Origin: an uncultured delta proteobacterium | GTDB taxonomy: Bacteria; Myxococcota; Myxococcia; SLRQ01 | DNA length: 64,000 nucleotides | Direction: 5' to 3' | NCBI GenBank assembly: GCA_963727485.1 | Contig: CAVSGM010000002.1 | Location: 256,001 to 320,000, forward strand | Shown here: positions 31,727 through 41,059 of the stretch, in pieces | How the letters are laid out: every line of letters begins with the position of its first letter | Position numbering within the stretch: position 1 is the stretch's first letter | Notes under the pieces: model-generated | Databases searched by the model: none | What the model was told of the DNA's origin: nothing | What the model saw: only the letters and a program-made list of their open reading frames with translations | Position numbers and translations under genes: made by a program

Positions 31727-34465
31727 ATGTTCGACGCCCCGCCGCCGGAGCCGCCGCCGGACGACCTCGACGCCGCCGTCGCCGGGCTCCCCGAGCTCAC
31801 CCTCGCCGGCGATGCCGCCGCGCGCCTGGCGGCGGCCCGGGCCTACCTCGCCGCCGGCCAGGCCTGGATCCGCGCCCGCCACGACGCCGGGGCCGCCGGG
31901 CGCACGGTGGTCCGGCTCCACTCGGCGCTCCTCGACCGGCTCCTGGCCGCCGCCTTCGCTGCCGAGGGGGCCGGCGCCCCGCCCATGGCCCTGGTGGCCC
32001 TCGGAGGCTACGGCCGCAGCGAGCTCGCCCCGCACTCCGACGTCGACCTCCTCTTCCTCCACGGTGGGGCCGGGCCCCCGGATCGGTCGGTCACCCGCGC
32101 CGCCGAGGCCATCCTCTACCTCCTGTGGGACACGGGCCTCGACGTGGGGCACGCGGTGCGCAGCACCGCCGAGTGCCTCGAGATCGCCGAGGCGGACCAC
32201 ACCGCCCGGACCGCCCTGATCGACTGCCGGCTCGTCGCCGGCGACGTCCCCCTCTACCGGGACTTCGAGTCGGCGATGCTCGGCCAGATCCACAGCCAGC
32301 GGGTCGAGGGCTTCATCCGGGACAAGGCCGGGGAGTGGCAGGCCCGCCACGACCGCTTCGGGGACACGGTCTATCGCCTCGAGCCCGACGTGAAGCACGG
32401 CGAGGGGGGCCTGCGCGACCTCCACTCCGCCCTCTGGATCGCCCGGGCCTGCTACCACGTCGCCGGCCTCTCGGACCTCGGGCGCCGGATGCTCCTGCCC
32501 CCGCGCGAGGTCGCCGAGGTCCGGGCGGCCCGGGACTTCCTCTGGCGGGTGCGCAGCGGTCTCCACTACCGGGCCGGGCGCCAGGAGGACCACCTCACCT
32601 TCGACGCCCAGGAGGAGCTCGCCCGGGCGCTCGGCTACCAGGACACCGGCGGCGAGCTGGGCGTGGAGCGGTTCATGCGCGCCTACTACCTCTCGGCGCG
32701 GACCGTGCTCCGGGTCAGCCGCCACATCATCGAGCGCTGCACCGAGGAGCGCCGCGCCGGTCCCTTCACCCCGGCGAGCCGCCGGGTGGTGGCGCCGGGG
32801 TTCGTGGTGTTCCAGGGACGCCTCACCGTCGAGGACCGCGGGCGCCTCGAGGCCGATCCGGCGGCCCTGGTCGCGGTCTTCGGCGTCGCCGACCGGGAGG
32901 GGCTGCCGCTCCACAGCTTCACCCGGGACCTGGTCCGGGAGGCCGCGGCGGGCCTCGACGGCGCCGGGCGGTCCGACCCCCGGGTGGCGGCGGCGTTCCG
33001 GTCGCTCTTCGAGCGCGAGGGCACCCGCGGCGCCTTTCTCCACCTGATGCACGAGACCGGGGTCCTCGGCGCCCTGGTCCCCGAGTTCGGGCGCCAGACC
33101 GGCCTCTGGCAGCACGACCTCTACCACACGTACACCGTGGACGTGCACAGCCTCTTCGCGGTGCAGCGCCTGATGAAGCTGCGTGCCGGCGACCTCCCGG
33201 ATCCGGTGTTCACCCCCAGGATGCAGGCCCTCGAGCGCCCCTACGCCCTCTACCTCGGGACCTGGTTCCACGACATCGGCAAGGGCCTCGGCGGCGGCCA
33301 CGCCGACAAGGGCGCGGCGATGATCCCGGAGATCGCCCGGCGCCTCCACCTCTCGGACGAGGAGGCCGACGAGGTGGGCTTCCTGGTGCGCACCCACCTG
33401 CGGATGAGCCACATCTCCCAGCGCCGGGACCTCGCCGACCCCGAGCTCGTCACCGCCTTCGCCGACGAGGTGGGCTCCCTGCGCCGGCTGACCATGCTCT
33501 ACCTGCTCACCTTCGCCGACGTGGGGACCACCGGGGAGAACACCTGGACCGACTGGAAGGCGATGCTCCTCACCGAGCTCTACGAAAAGACCCGCGCGGT
33601 CCTCGAGGACCGGGCCGCGGGCAGGGAGCAGGCCCCGCCGGCGGTGGAGGAGCGGGCCCGGGAGGGCGCCGAGACCCTGGAGGCGCGCCTGGTCGCCGGG
33701 TATCCCCGGGAGGTGGTCGACCAGTTCGTGGGCCGGCTCCCGGAGCGCTACCTCGCCACCGTGCCGCCGGAGAAGGCGGCCAGCCACCTGGCGCTGCTCG
33801 ATCGACAGGCCCGCAAGGGCCCGGTGGTGGCCCGGCGGATCCACCACCCGAAGAAGGGCTACACCGAGCTCACCGTCGCCGCCCCCGACCGGCCCGGTCT
33901 CCTCGCCGACCTCACCGGGGCCCTCTCGGCGGGGCGGGTGGACATCCTCGGCGCCGAGATCTTCTCCCTGGACGACGGGCGCATCCTCGACGTGTTCCTG
34001 GTGCGGGATCGCCGCGGGGGGATCCTGCGCTCCGGCTGGGACGCCCTACGCCGGGAGGTGACCAAGGCGGCGCTCACCCCGGGGTACGGCGGGGAGCTGG
34101 TGGCCCGGCGCCTGCGGCCGGGGACCCTCAAGCCCCGGCCGGCGCCCGCGGTCCCGGTGAAGGTGCAGGTGGACAACGCCGCCAGCGCCGCCGAGACCGT
34201 GGTCGACGTGTTCGCCCGGGACCGCCGGGGGCTCCTCCACACGATCACCCGGACCCTCCACGAGCTGGGGCTCCAGGTGGTGCTGGCCCGGGTGGCCACC
34301 GAGGCCCACCGGGCCACCGACGCCTTCTACGTGACCGGGCCCGAGGGCGGCAAGGTCACGGATCCCAAGGTCCTGGGCGCCCTCGAGCACGCCCTCACCG
34401 AAGCCATCGAGGCCGACGACCGTCGGGCCGGCGACGCGCCCGCGCCCCCACCGCCGGGGTCGTGA
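31727..34465 (+). CDS. glnD: [Protein-PII] uridylyltransferase
   Basis: GGYGRSELAPHSDVD, LEPDVKHGEGGLRD, HTYTVDVH, HDIGKG, two ACT domains. Confidence 0.95.
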   Translation: MFDAPPPEPPPDDLDAAVAGLPELTLAGDAAARLAAARAYLAAGQAWIRARHDAGAAGRTVVRLHSALLDRLLAAAFAAEGAGAPPMALVALGGYGRSELAPHSDVDLLFLHGGAGPPDRSVTRAAEAILYLLWDTGLDVGHAVRSTAECLEIAEADHTARTALIDCRLVAGDVPLYRDFESAMLGQIHSQRVEGFIRDKAGEWQARHDRFGDTVYRLEPDVKHGEGGLRDLHSALWIARACYHVAGLSDLGRRMLLPPREVAEVRAARDFLWRVRSGLHYRAGRQEDHLTFDAQEELARALGYQDTGGELGVERFMRAYYLSARTVLRVSRHIIERCTEERRAGPFTPASRRVVAPGFVVFQGRLTVEDRGRLEADPAALVAVFGVADREGLPLHSFTRDLVREAAAGLDGAGRSDPRVAAAFRSLFEREGTRGAFLHLMHETGVLGALVPEFGRQTGLWQHDLYHTYTVDVHSLFAVQRLMKLRAGDLPDPVFTPRMQALERPYALYLGTWFHDIGKGLGGGHADKGAAMIPEIARRLHLSDEEADEVGFLVRTHLRMSHISQRRDLADPELVTAFADEVGSLRRLTMLYLLTFADVGTTGENTWTDWKAMLLTELYEKTRAVLEDRAAGREQAPPAVEERAREGAETLEARLVAGYPREVVDQFVGRLPERYLATVPPEKAASHLALLDRQARKGPVVARRIHHPKKGYTELTVAAPDRPGLLADLTGALSAGRVDILGAEIFSLDDGRILDVFLVRDRRGGILRSGWDALRREVTKAALTPGYGGELVARRLRPGTLKPRPAPAVPVKVQVDNAASAAETVVDVFARDRRGLLHTITRTLHELGLQVVLARVATEAHRATDAFYVTGPEGGKVTDPKVLGALEHALTEAIEADDRRAGDAPAPPPPGS

Positions 34466-34478
34466 TAGCCTCCGGCCC

Positions 34479-35294
34479 ATGGGACTGCTGGACAAGCTCT
34501 TGGGGAAGCGGGGTCTGGAGGATCAGTACTTCGACGCCCTCGCGGCGCTGGGGGAGCTGGCGGTGCGCTACCCCCCGCGGGGCCTCCGGTTGCGGAACCT
34601 GTCGGCGGTCCGCAAGGCCCAGGAGGCCCTGCGCAACCGCCAGCTCGAGCTCCAGCTCATCGAGCAGTCCATGGAGGAGGAGGAGGCCCAGGCCGCCACC
34701 CTCACCGAGCAGGAGAACGCCGAGCGACCCGAGCTCCAGGCGCTCGTCGATGCGAACCGCGGGTCGGTGATCAACATCGAGAAGAACATCACCGCCCTCA
34801 AGAAGACGCTCATCGCCCGCGAGACCAACATGAAGTACTTCGACCGCCAGCTCGAGGCCCAGGAGGACAAGGTCGAGAAGCTCCACGAGACCGGCGAGTT
34901 CGAGGCCGAGGGCGCCGAGCGCGAGATCCTCAAGAAGGTCCGCCTCGACCACATGCGGCAGACCAGCGAGCTGGCGAACATCAAGGAGCAGATCGAGGCC
35001 TTCCTCAAGGGCGAGGGCCGGGGCGGGGAGGCCATGCGGGCCAAGCTCCGCATCGAGGAGATCGAGCGGGCCCAGGGCCGGCGCGACGACGACCTCAAGG
35101 AAGCCCTCGGGGCCCTCGACGCCCAGGCGGTGGCCAAGGAGGAGGAGATCGCCCGGACCGAGGAGGCCCTCGCCGAGGCCCTGGCCATGGTCGGCGAGGA
35201 GATCTACGCCGCCCGGATCGCCGATCCCCGCTACCAGCAGCGCTTCGCCGAGATCGACCCCATCGCCCAGGCCCTGGCCGGCAAGGCCCGGTGA
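34479..35294 (+). CDS. Coiled-coil protein of unknown function
   Basis: 271 aa, E/K/R/L-rich heptads, normal codon bias. Confidence 0.75.
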   Translation: MGLLDKLLGKRGLEDQYFDALAALGELAVRYPPRGLRLRNLSAVRKAQEALRNRQLELQLIEQSMEEEEAQAATLTEQENAERPELQALVDANRGSVINIEKNITALKKTLIARETNMKYFDRQLEAQEDKVEKLHETGEFEAEGAEREILKKVRLDHMRQTSELANIKEQIEAFLKGEGRGGEAMRAKLRIEEIERAQGRRDDDLKEALGALDAQAVAKEEEIARTEEALAEALAMVGEEIYAARIADPRYQQRFAEIDPIAQALAGKAR

Positions 35295-35521
35295 TCCCCC
35301 AGGGGGGCGGGAAAAGACCCCGTCGGGCCAGGGATTTCGTCGGCCCCAAGCAGGTAGGGCGCTTGACCACCCCCGGCTCCCTGGGCTAATGGTCCGAGGT
35401 TCCGGTCGGGTCCCGTTTCGGGTTCCGAGCGGCTTCCGGACATATTCCCAACCCGGGCCCGGTGGGCCCACGCGATGACGGCCACGGCAACCGCCGGGTG
35501 AACGGTCGCGAGGAGACGAAG

Positions 35522-36181
35522 ATGAACAAGGGCATCCTTGGACGCAAGGTGGGCATGACGCAGATCTTCGAGACCGACGGCACCCGGGTGCCGGTGACGG
35601 TCCTCGAGGTCACCCCCAACGTGGTGGTGGCCCTGCGCACCCTGGAGACCGACGGCTACACCGCCGTCCAGATCGGCTTCGGGACCCGCAAGGACAAGCA
35701 CACCACCAAGCCCCAGGCCGGCCACTTCAAGAAGGCCGGAGTGGCGCCCATGGCGGTCCTCAAGGAGCTGCGCCTCGACGCCTCCGAGCTCGAGGGCGTG
35801 AGCGTCGGCGACCAGGTCGACGCCGGCATCTTCGAGAAGGGGATGCGCATCGACGTCACCGCCACCACCAAGGGCAAGGGCTTCCAGGGCGTCATGCGCC
35901 GCCACCACATGAAGGGCATGCGCGCCACCCACGGCACCCACGAGAAGCGCCGGAACCCCGGGTCCATCGGCAACCGCAAGACGCCCGGTCGTACCTTCAA
36001 GAACAAGCGCCTTCCCGGCCACATGGGCCACCTGAAGGTCACCACCCAGAACCTCACCGTCGCCGGGGTCGACACCGGGAACAACCTCCTCCTCGTCCGG
36101 GGCACCGTGCCCGGGGCCAAGGGGGCCGTGGTCCTCGTGCGCCCGGCGGTGAAGGGGCAGAAGAAGGCCACCGCGGCGTGA
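35522..36181 (+). CDS. rplC: 50S ribosomal protein L3 (no flanking rpsJ/rplD)
   Basis: GILGRKVGMTQIF, DGYTAVQIG, KGKGFQGVMRRH, PGSIG, GHMG; AGGAG RBS. Confidence 0.96.
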   Translation: MNKGILGRKVGMTQIFETDGTRVPVTVLEVTPNVVVALRTLETDGYTAVQIGFGTRKDKHTTKPQAGHFKKAGVAPMAVLKELRLDASELEGVSVGDQVDAGIFEKGMRIDVTATTKGKGFQGVMRRHHMKGMRATHGTHEKRRNPGSIGNRKTPGRTFKNKRLPGHMGHLKVTTQNLTVAGVDTGNNLLLVRGTVPGAKGAVVLVRPAVKGQKKATAA

Positions 36182-36215
36182 GGTCGCGGTCGCCCGAGCC
36201 GACCCGGGAGGGGAG

Positions 36216-37937
36216 ATGATGCTGCGGCGGACCGCGTTGGCGGCCCTGGTCTTCGGAGTCCTGCTGGCCGCCGGCTGCGGCGGTCAGCAGCAGCAGCGCA
36301 AGCTCCTCCTCGGCGAGTCCTGCGCCTCGGCGAAGGACAGCGACTGCGGCTCGGGTCTCTGCCTGCGCCTCGACTCCAAGACGGCCTACTGCACCCAGGC
36401 CTGCGACGCCACCAAGCAGGACTGCCCCCAGGGGCTGATCTGCCAGAACACGGCGAACCCCGCGGGCGACCACTGCGTGCTCCGCAAGGCCGGCGCCGGG
36501 GTCTGCGCCTCGGACAACGACTGCCCCTCGGGCTTCAAGTGCGACGTGCAGCAGGGGCAGGGGACCGGGGTCTGCTACATCCCGGTGAGCCGCGGCCTCT
36601 GCGCCCCCTGCCAGAGCTCGCTCCAGTGCCCCACCGGCGGCGAGTGCTTCAAGACCAGCGTCGGCGAGCAGTTCTGCACCCAGGCCTGTGACGCCAGCGG
36701 CGCCTGCCCCACGGGCTACGACTGCACCGACCTCGGGGACGGGAACGGGAAGCAGTGCGTCCCCCACGCGAAGACCTGCTCCGGGGGCAAGCCCCTGTGC
36801 TCGTCGTGCCGCGGCGACGCCGAGTGCGGCGGCTACCTCGACCTCTGCGTCCAGAACCTCCTCACCGGCGAGAAGTTCTGCGGCACCGACTGCAAGAACG
36901 ACCCCACCGCCTGCCCCACGAACTTCACCTGTGAAGACCTCTCGGGCAGCGGCGACGGGCCGTTCCAGTGCGTGCCCAACTCCACCACCTGTCAGGACTA
37001 CTGCGACGCCGACCCCACGGACATCCCGGCCTCGGAGGCCCAGTGCGGCTTCGGGCGGATGTGCGACAACCACACCTGCGTCGCCGCCGACGACGGCCGC
37101 CTCTGCGCCCCCTGCGCCAACGACGACCAGTGCCGCCGCACCGCCGCGGACGCCGGGAACCTCTGCATCCGCAACACCCAGAGCAACGAGACCTTCTGCG
37201 GCCGGGACTGCACCAACGCCACCTGTCCCCTGGGGTTCTCCTGCATCCCGGTCACCGCCGGCGGCACCCCCCACAAGCAGTGCGTCCCCACCCGGGGCAC
37301 CTGCACCGCCGGGACCGGCCGCCTCGGGGACGACTGCAGCCGGAACGGGGCCGGCGACTGCCTCACCGGCCTCTGCCTCGACTACGGGCAGGTGAAGCTC
37401 TGCTCGGCCTCGTGCACCTCCAACGCCGACTGCAGCGCCGCCGGCGTGGGGTACGGGTGCTGCAGCCTCTCCGCCGACGGCAGCCACTTCGACTGCTCGA
37501 CCCCTCCGAGCGGTGGGGCCTCCGGGGTCTGCGCCCCCACCGGCGGCAACTTCGGCGACGACTGCACCCCCGGCCAGCCCCCGTGCCACAGCGGCATGTG
37601 CCTCGACATCGGCACCGCCCGGCTCTGCACCCAGAGCTGCCAGCAGGACAGCGACTGCCCCCAGAGCTTCCACTGTGAGGGCGGCCAGGACACGGCCACC
37701 GGCGACTCGGTGAACATCTGCTTCCCCGCCGGGGGGGGCGGCCAGGGCGCCGACTGCACCTTCGGGCCGGCGGCCTGCGCCTCCCGGCTCTGCATCAAGA
37801 GCGGGGCCCAGAACATCTGCACCGTCCCCTGCAAGAGCTCGAGCGACTGCAGCGACGGGTGGACCTGCGATCCCAACGCCAACACGGTGGACAAGAAGCA
37901 GATCTCGGTCTGCGTGCCGCCGCAGCTCGCACCTTAG
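36216..37937 (+). CDS. Cysteine-rich modular lipoprotein (73 Cys in 573 aa)
   Basis: LAAGC lipobox; repeated C-x3-C..CPxG[FY]xC modules. Confidence 0.85.
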   Translation: MMLRRTALAALVFGVLLAAGCGGQQQQRKLLLGESCASAKDSDCGSGLCLRLDSKTAYCTQACDATKQDCPQGLICQNTANPAGDHCVLRKAGAGVCASDNDCPSGFKCDVQQGQGTGVCYIPVSRGLCAPCQSSLQCPTGGECFKTSVGEQFCTQACDASGACPTGYDCTDLGDGNGKQCVPHAKTCSGGKPLCSSCRGDAECGGYLDLCVQNLLTGEKFCGTDCKNDPTACPTNFTCEDLSGSGDGPFQCVPNSTTCQDYCDADPTDIPASEAQCGFGRMCDNHTCVAADDGRLCAPCANDDQCRRTAADAGNLCIRNTQSNETFCGRDCTNATCPLGFSCIPVTAGGTPHKQCVPTRGTCTAGTGRLGDDCSRNGAGDCLTGLCLDYGQVKLCSASCTSNADCSAAGVGYGCCSLSADGSHFDCSTPPSGGASGVCAPTGGNFGDDCTPGQPPCHSGMCLDIGTARLCTQSCQQDSDCPQSFHCEGGQDTATGDSVNICFPAGGGGQGADCTFGPAACASRLCIKSGAQNICTVPCKSSSDCSDGWTCDPNANTVDKKQISVCVPPQLAP

Positions 37938-38007
37938 ACGTAGAGGTCGGTCGTTGCCGCACATCCGCCCACCGTGGTATCGAATCGTGCTCTACCGGAG
38001 GACCCCC

Positions 38008-39333
38008 ATGCCCAGGAATGCAAGCCAGCTTCGGGGGGTCGGCGTGCTGACGGCCCTTCTGGTCCTGGCCCTCGCCGGCGGCGTGGGGTGCGGGGACACC
38101 AAGCTCACCGCCTACCACGCGCCGTTCCAGGTGGTGGACGGGACGCCGGGCGTGGACCAGAGCCTGCCCAAGGTCGACAAGAACGTCCCCCAGGTCGACC
38201 CCGGCAACTTCGTCAACAACGCCCCGATCCAGGTCGACACCTTCTACCAGAAGACGGTGCGCAAGGTGGACATCCTCTGGGTGGTCGACAGCTCCGGGTC
38301 GATGCAGGACAAGCAGGCCAAGCTGGCGAACAACTTCCAGACCTTCATCCAGAACCTCTCCAGCGCCCAGCCGCCCGTGGACTACCACCTGGGCATCATC
38401 ACCGTCGACGCCACCCTCGAGGGTGGGGCGCTCCGCCCGATCAACGGCGATCCGGCCACCCGGTACATCAGCTGTGACGCCACCGGGACCTGCAACGTCG
38501 CCGACCCGGTGGCCGCCTTCGAGGCCACGGTGAAGGTCGGCACCGGCGGCAGCCCCATCGAGAAGGGGCTCCTCGCCGCCCACCTGGCCCTCACCGATCC
38601 CATGAAGTCGGGGACCAACGCCGGCTTCCTCCGGGACGACGCCGCCCTCTACGTGATCATCGTCTCCGACGAGGGCGACGCCTCCTGTGAGCCCCTGGTC
38701 GACTCCCCGTCGGGGTCCGACTGGACCAGCTGCCACTTCACGCCCTACTGCCACTGCGCCGCGGACGCGAGCCTCAAGTACGGCTCGGTGGCCTACTACA
38801 CCCGGTTCTTCGACGGTCTGAAGGGCTTCGGCAACAGCGACCTCACGGCGGTGGCGGCGATCGTCGGCACCGACCAGACCCCGGAGTCGGTGAACTACGG
38901 CGGGGCGTCGAGCTACAGCGTCATCGGCTGCAAGGACTCGAGCGGCGCCTTCGCCTACTACGCCCCGCGCTACGTGCAGGTGGCCAAGAACACCGGCGGC
39001 ATCACCGTCTCCATCTGCGACAACAACTACGGCAACGCCCTGGCGAAGCTCGGCTTCGCCGTCTCGGGGCAGCGCAGCGACTTCCCGCTCTCCCGCAGCC
39101 CGGTGGACCCGACCAAGTCGCCGATCACCGTCTACGTCCAGAGCGACCCCACCAACCCCGCGACCCGCAAGCAGGTGCCGCAGTCGACCACCGACGGCTG
39201 GACCTGGGTGAAGTGCGAGAGCACCAACTTCCTGAACGTCATCCGCTTCTCGGGCACCTGGGTCCCGCCGCCCCAGGCGCGGATCGAGGTGAAGTACCAG
39301 GTGGATCCGGCCGCCGGGAAGACCTGCCCTTGA
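38008..39333 (+). CDS. VWA-domain lipoprotein (CglB/CglD-type adhesin family)
   Basis: Lipobox-like GVGC; VDILWVVDSSGSM (MIDAS DxSxS), DYHLGIIT, FLRDDAALYVIIVSDEGD. Confidence 0.82.
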   Translation: MPRNASQLRGVGVLTALLVLALAGGVGCGDTKLTAYHAPFQVVDGTPGVDQSLPKVDKNVPQVDPGNFVNNAPIQVDTFYQKTVRKVDILWVVDSSGSMQDKQAKLANNFQTFIQNLSSAQPPVDYHLGIITVDATLEGGALRPINGDPATRYISCDATGTCNVADPVAAFEATVKVGTGGSPIEKGLLAAHLALTDPMKSGTNAGFLRDDAALYVIIVSDEGDASCEPLVDSPSGSDWTSCHFTPYCHCAADASLKYGSVAYYTRFFDGLKGFGNSDLTAVAAIVGTDQTPESVNYGGASSYSVIGCKDSSGAFAYYAPRYVQVAKNTGGITVSICDNNYGNALAKLGFAVSGQRSDFPLSRSPVDPTKSPITVYVQSDPTNPATRKQVPQSTTDGWTWVKCESTNFLNVIRFSGTWVPPPQARIEVKYQVDPAAGKTCP

Positions 39334-39437
39334 GGCCTGCGTAGCGCCGGTCGGCGGCGACCAGGCGGGCGGCCGGGATGGCCCGCCCTGGGAGCCGACA
39401 CGTCTCGCCCAGAGACATCACGGAGGAAGGCAACCCG

Positions 39438-40163
39438 ATGATCCGCAGAAGCACGCTTCCCATCCTGGTGCTCGTCGCCCTGGCGGCGACCCCCGCGTTC
39501 GCCGTGGGGCCGACCAGCGAGGTCGTCCAGGATCGCCTCTACACCTTCGGCGGGAAGTTCGACGTGGCCCTCCTCGCGGGGCTGTCGATCAACAACAAGC
39601 TCACCGACCAGTACGCCATCCTGGTGCAGCCGGCCTACCAGCTCACCGACGCCTGGGGCCTGCAGGTGGACGGCGGCTTCGTCCTCGCCCAGGAGAAGAC
39701 CCGGCTCACCGACCCCATCCGGGCCAACGTCTTCAACCTCGGCCTCCACGACGAGTTCAGCAACATGGGGACGATGCAGTGGATCGCCCAGGCGGGCATC
39801 CGCTGGTCGCCGGTCTACGGGAAGCTCTCGCTCCTCGCCGAGCTGCCCCTCCACCTCGGGGCCTTCATCTCCGCCGGCGGCGGGGTGGTGGGGGTCCAGA
39901 GGCGCTCGCTGGTCGACTGCAGCGCCGTCTCCCCCGACGGGAGCAAGGCGACCTGCAACGTCACCACCGGGGTGAAGCCGAGCCTGGGGATCGGGGTGGG
40001 GCTGCGCTTCTACGTCGCCCACGCCCTGGCCATCCGGGCCGAGCTCAAGGACTACGTCTTCCCCGACCAGTACCGCCTCGGCGTGGGCACCTCCAGCGAG
40101 CGCACGGTCAACGGGCTCACGGGCGTCCTGATGTTCATGGCCGGCGCCAGCCTCTACTTCTAG
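39438..40163 (+). CDS. Outer-membrane beta-barrel, GltA/GltB (NfsA/B)-like
   Basis: Signal peptide, VVQDRLY, WSPVYGKLSL, terminal SLYF. Confidence 0.82.
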   Translation: MIRRSTLPILVLVALAATPAFAVGPTSEVVQDRLYTFGGKFDVALLAGLSINNKLTDQYAILVQPAYQLTDAWGLQVDGGFVLAQEKTRLTDPIRANVFNLGLHDEFSNMGTMQWIAQAGIRWSPVYGKLSLLAELPLHLGAFISAGGGVVGVQRRSLVDCSAVSPDGSKATCNVTTGVKPSLGIGVGLRFYVAHALAIRAELKDYVFPDQYRLGVGTSSERTVNGLTGVLMFMAGASLYF

Positions 40164-40180
40164 CGAACACGGGATCGCAG

Positions 40181-41050
40181 ATGAACATCCGCCTCCAGCG
40201 CCTCCTCTGCCTCGGCCTCGTGCTCGCCGTCCTGGCCCCCTCGGTGGCCCGGGCCGACGGCGACCGCCGGGTCTACACCATCTCCCCCAACGAGCGGATC
40301 CACGTCATCCAGCGGAAGGTGGACCTGCTCAAGAACCGCCTCGAGCTGACGCTCTACCCGATCTCGGCGCAGCTCAACAGCCGGTGGACCCAGCACCTGG
40401 GCCTCGGGGTCGCCGGGGCCTGGTACTTCACCGAGACCTTCAGCCTCCAGGCCCTCTTCGGGGACAACCTCTACCTGGCCCAGGAGACCGCGCTCCAGAA
40501 CGAGCTGCGCCAGAAGGCCCAGGAGCAGCCCCCGAGCGCACCCTCCATCCTCACCCAGTGGTACGGGATGGTGTCGATGGAGATGTCGCCGATCTACGGC
40601 AAGATCGCCTACTACAAGCAGGCGCTGGTGCACTTCTCGCTCTTCCTCACGGTGGGCGCCGGGGTCGTCGACACCAAGGTCGAGATCCTCGGACCGCCGC
40701 CTCCGGGCGACGCCAGCGCCCGTGGGCCCATCTTCGCCTCTGCCGGCCTCCGGGGCGCCGGGCTGGTGGGCGCCGGGTTCCGGGTCCACCTCACCGACAA
40801 CCTGCTGCTCCGCCTCGAGGTCCGCGACCTGGTGTACGCGGCGCGGATCACCAAGCTGAACGGCTGCACCCGCGCCGACCTCAACGAGCTCTCCGGGGCC
40901 TCGCCCCAGGTCAGCAGCGGCTGCGACGTCGGGGCCTTCGACCAGAAGAACCTCACCACCGACGCCCAGCTCGCCCTCGGACGCACCGACGGCTCGAGCG
41001 ACACCATCAACCAGGTGAGCAGCTACATCGGCTTCTCCTACCTCTTCTAG
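40181..41050 (+). CDS. Outer-membrane beta-barrel, GltA/GltB (NfsA/B)-like paralog
   Basis: Signal peptide, HVIQRK, SPIYGKI, LRLEVRD, terminal SYLF. Confidence 0.82.
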   Translation: MNIRLQRLLCLGLVLAVLAPSVARADGDRRVYTISPNERIHVIQRKVDLLKNRLELTLYPISAQLNSRWTQHLGLGVAGAWYFTETFSLQALFGDNLYLAQETALQNELRQKAQEQPPSAPSILTQWYGMVSMEMSPIYGKIAYYKQALVHFSLFLTVGAGVVDTKVEILGPPPPGDASARGPIFASAGLRGAGLVGAGFRVHLTDNLLLRLEVRDLVYAARITKLNGCTRADLNELSGASPQVSSGCDVGAFDQKNLTTDAQLALGRTDGSSDTINQVSSYIGFSYLF

Positions 41051-41059
41051 GCCACCGCC

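Noticed and set aside
36216..37937. Multiheme cytochrome, Fe-S protein or eukaryotic contamination
   Set aside because: No CxxCH motifs; it has a bacterial lipobox and host-like codon usage, and even Cys counts per module point to disulfides.
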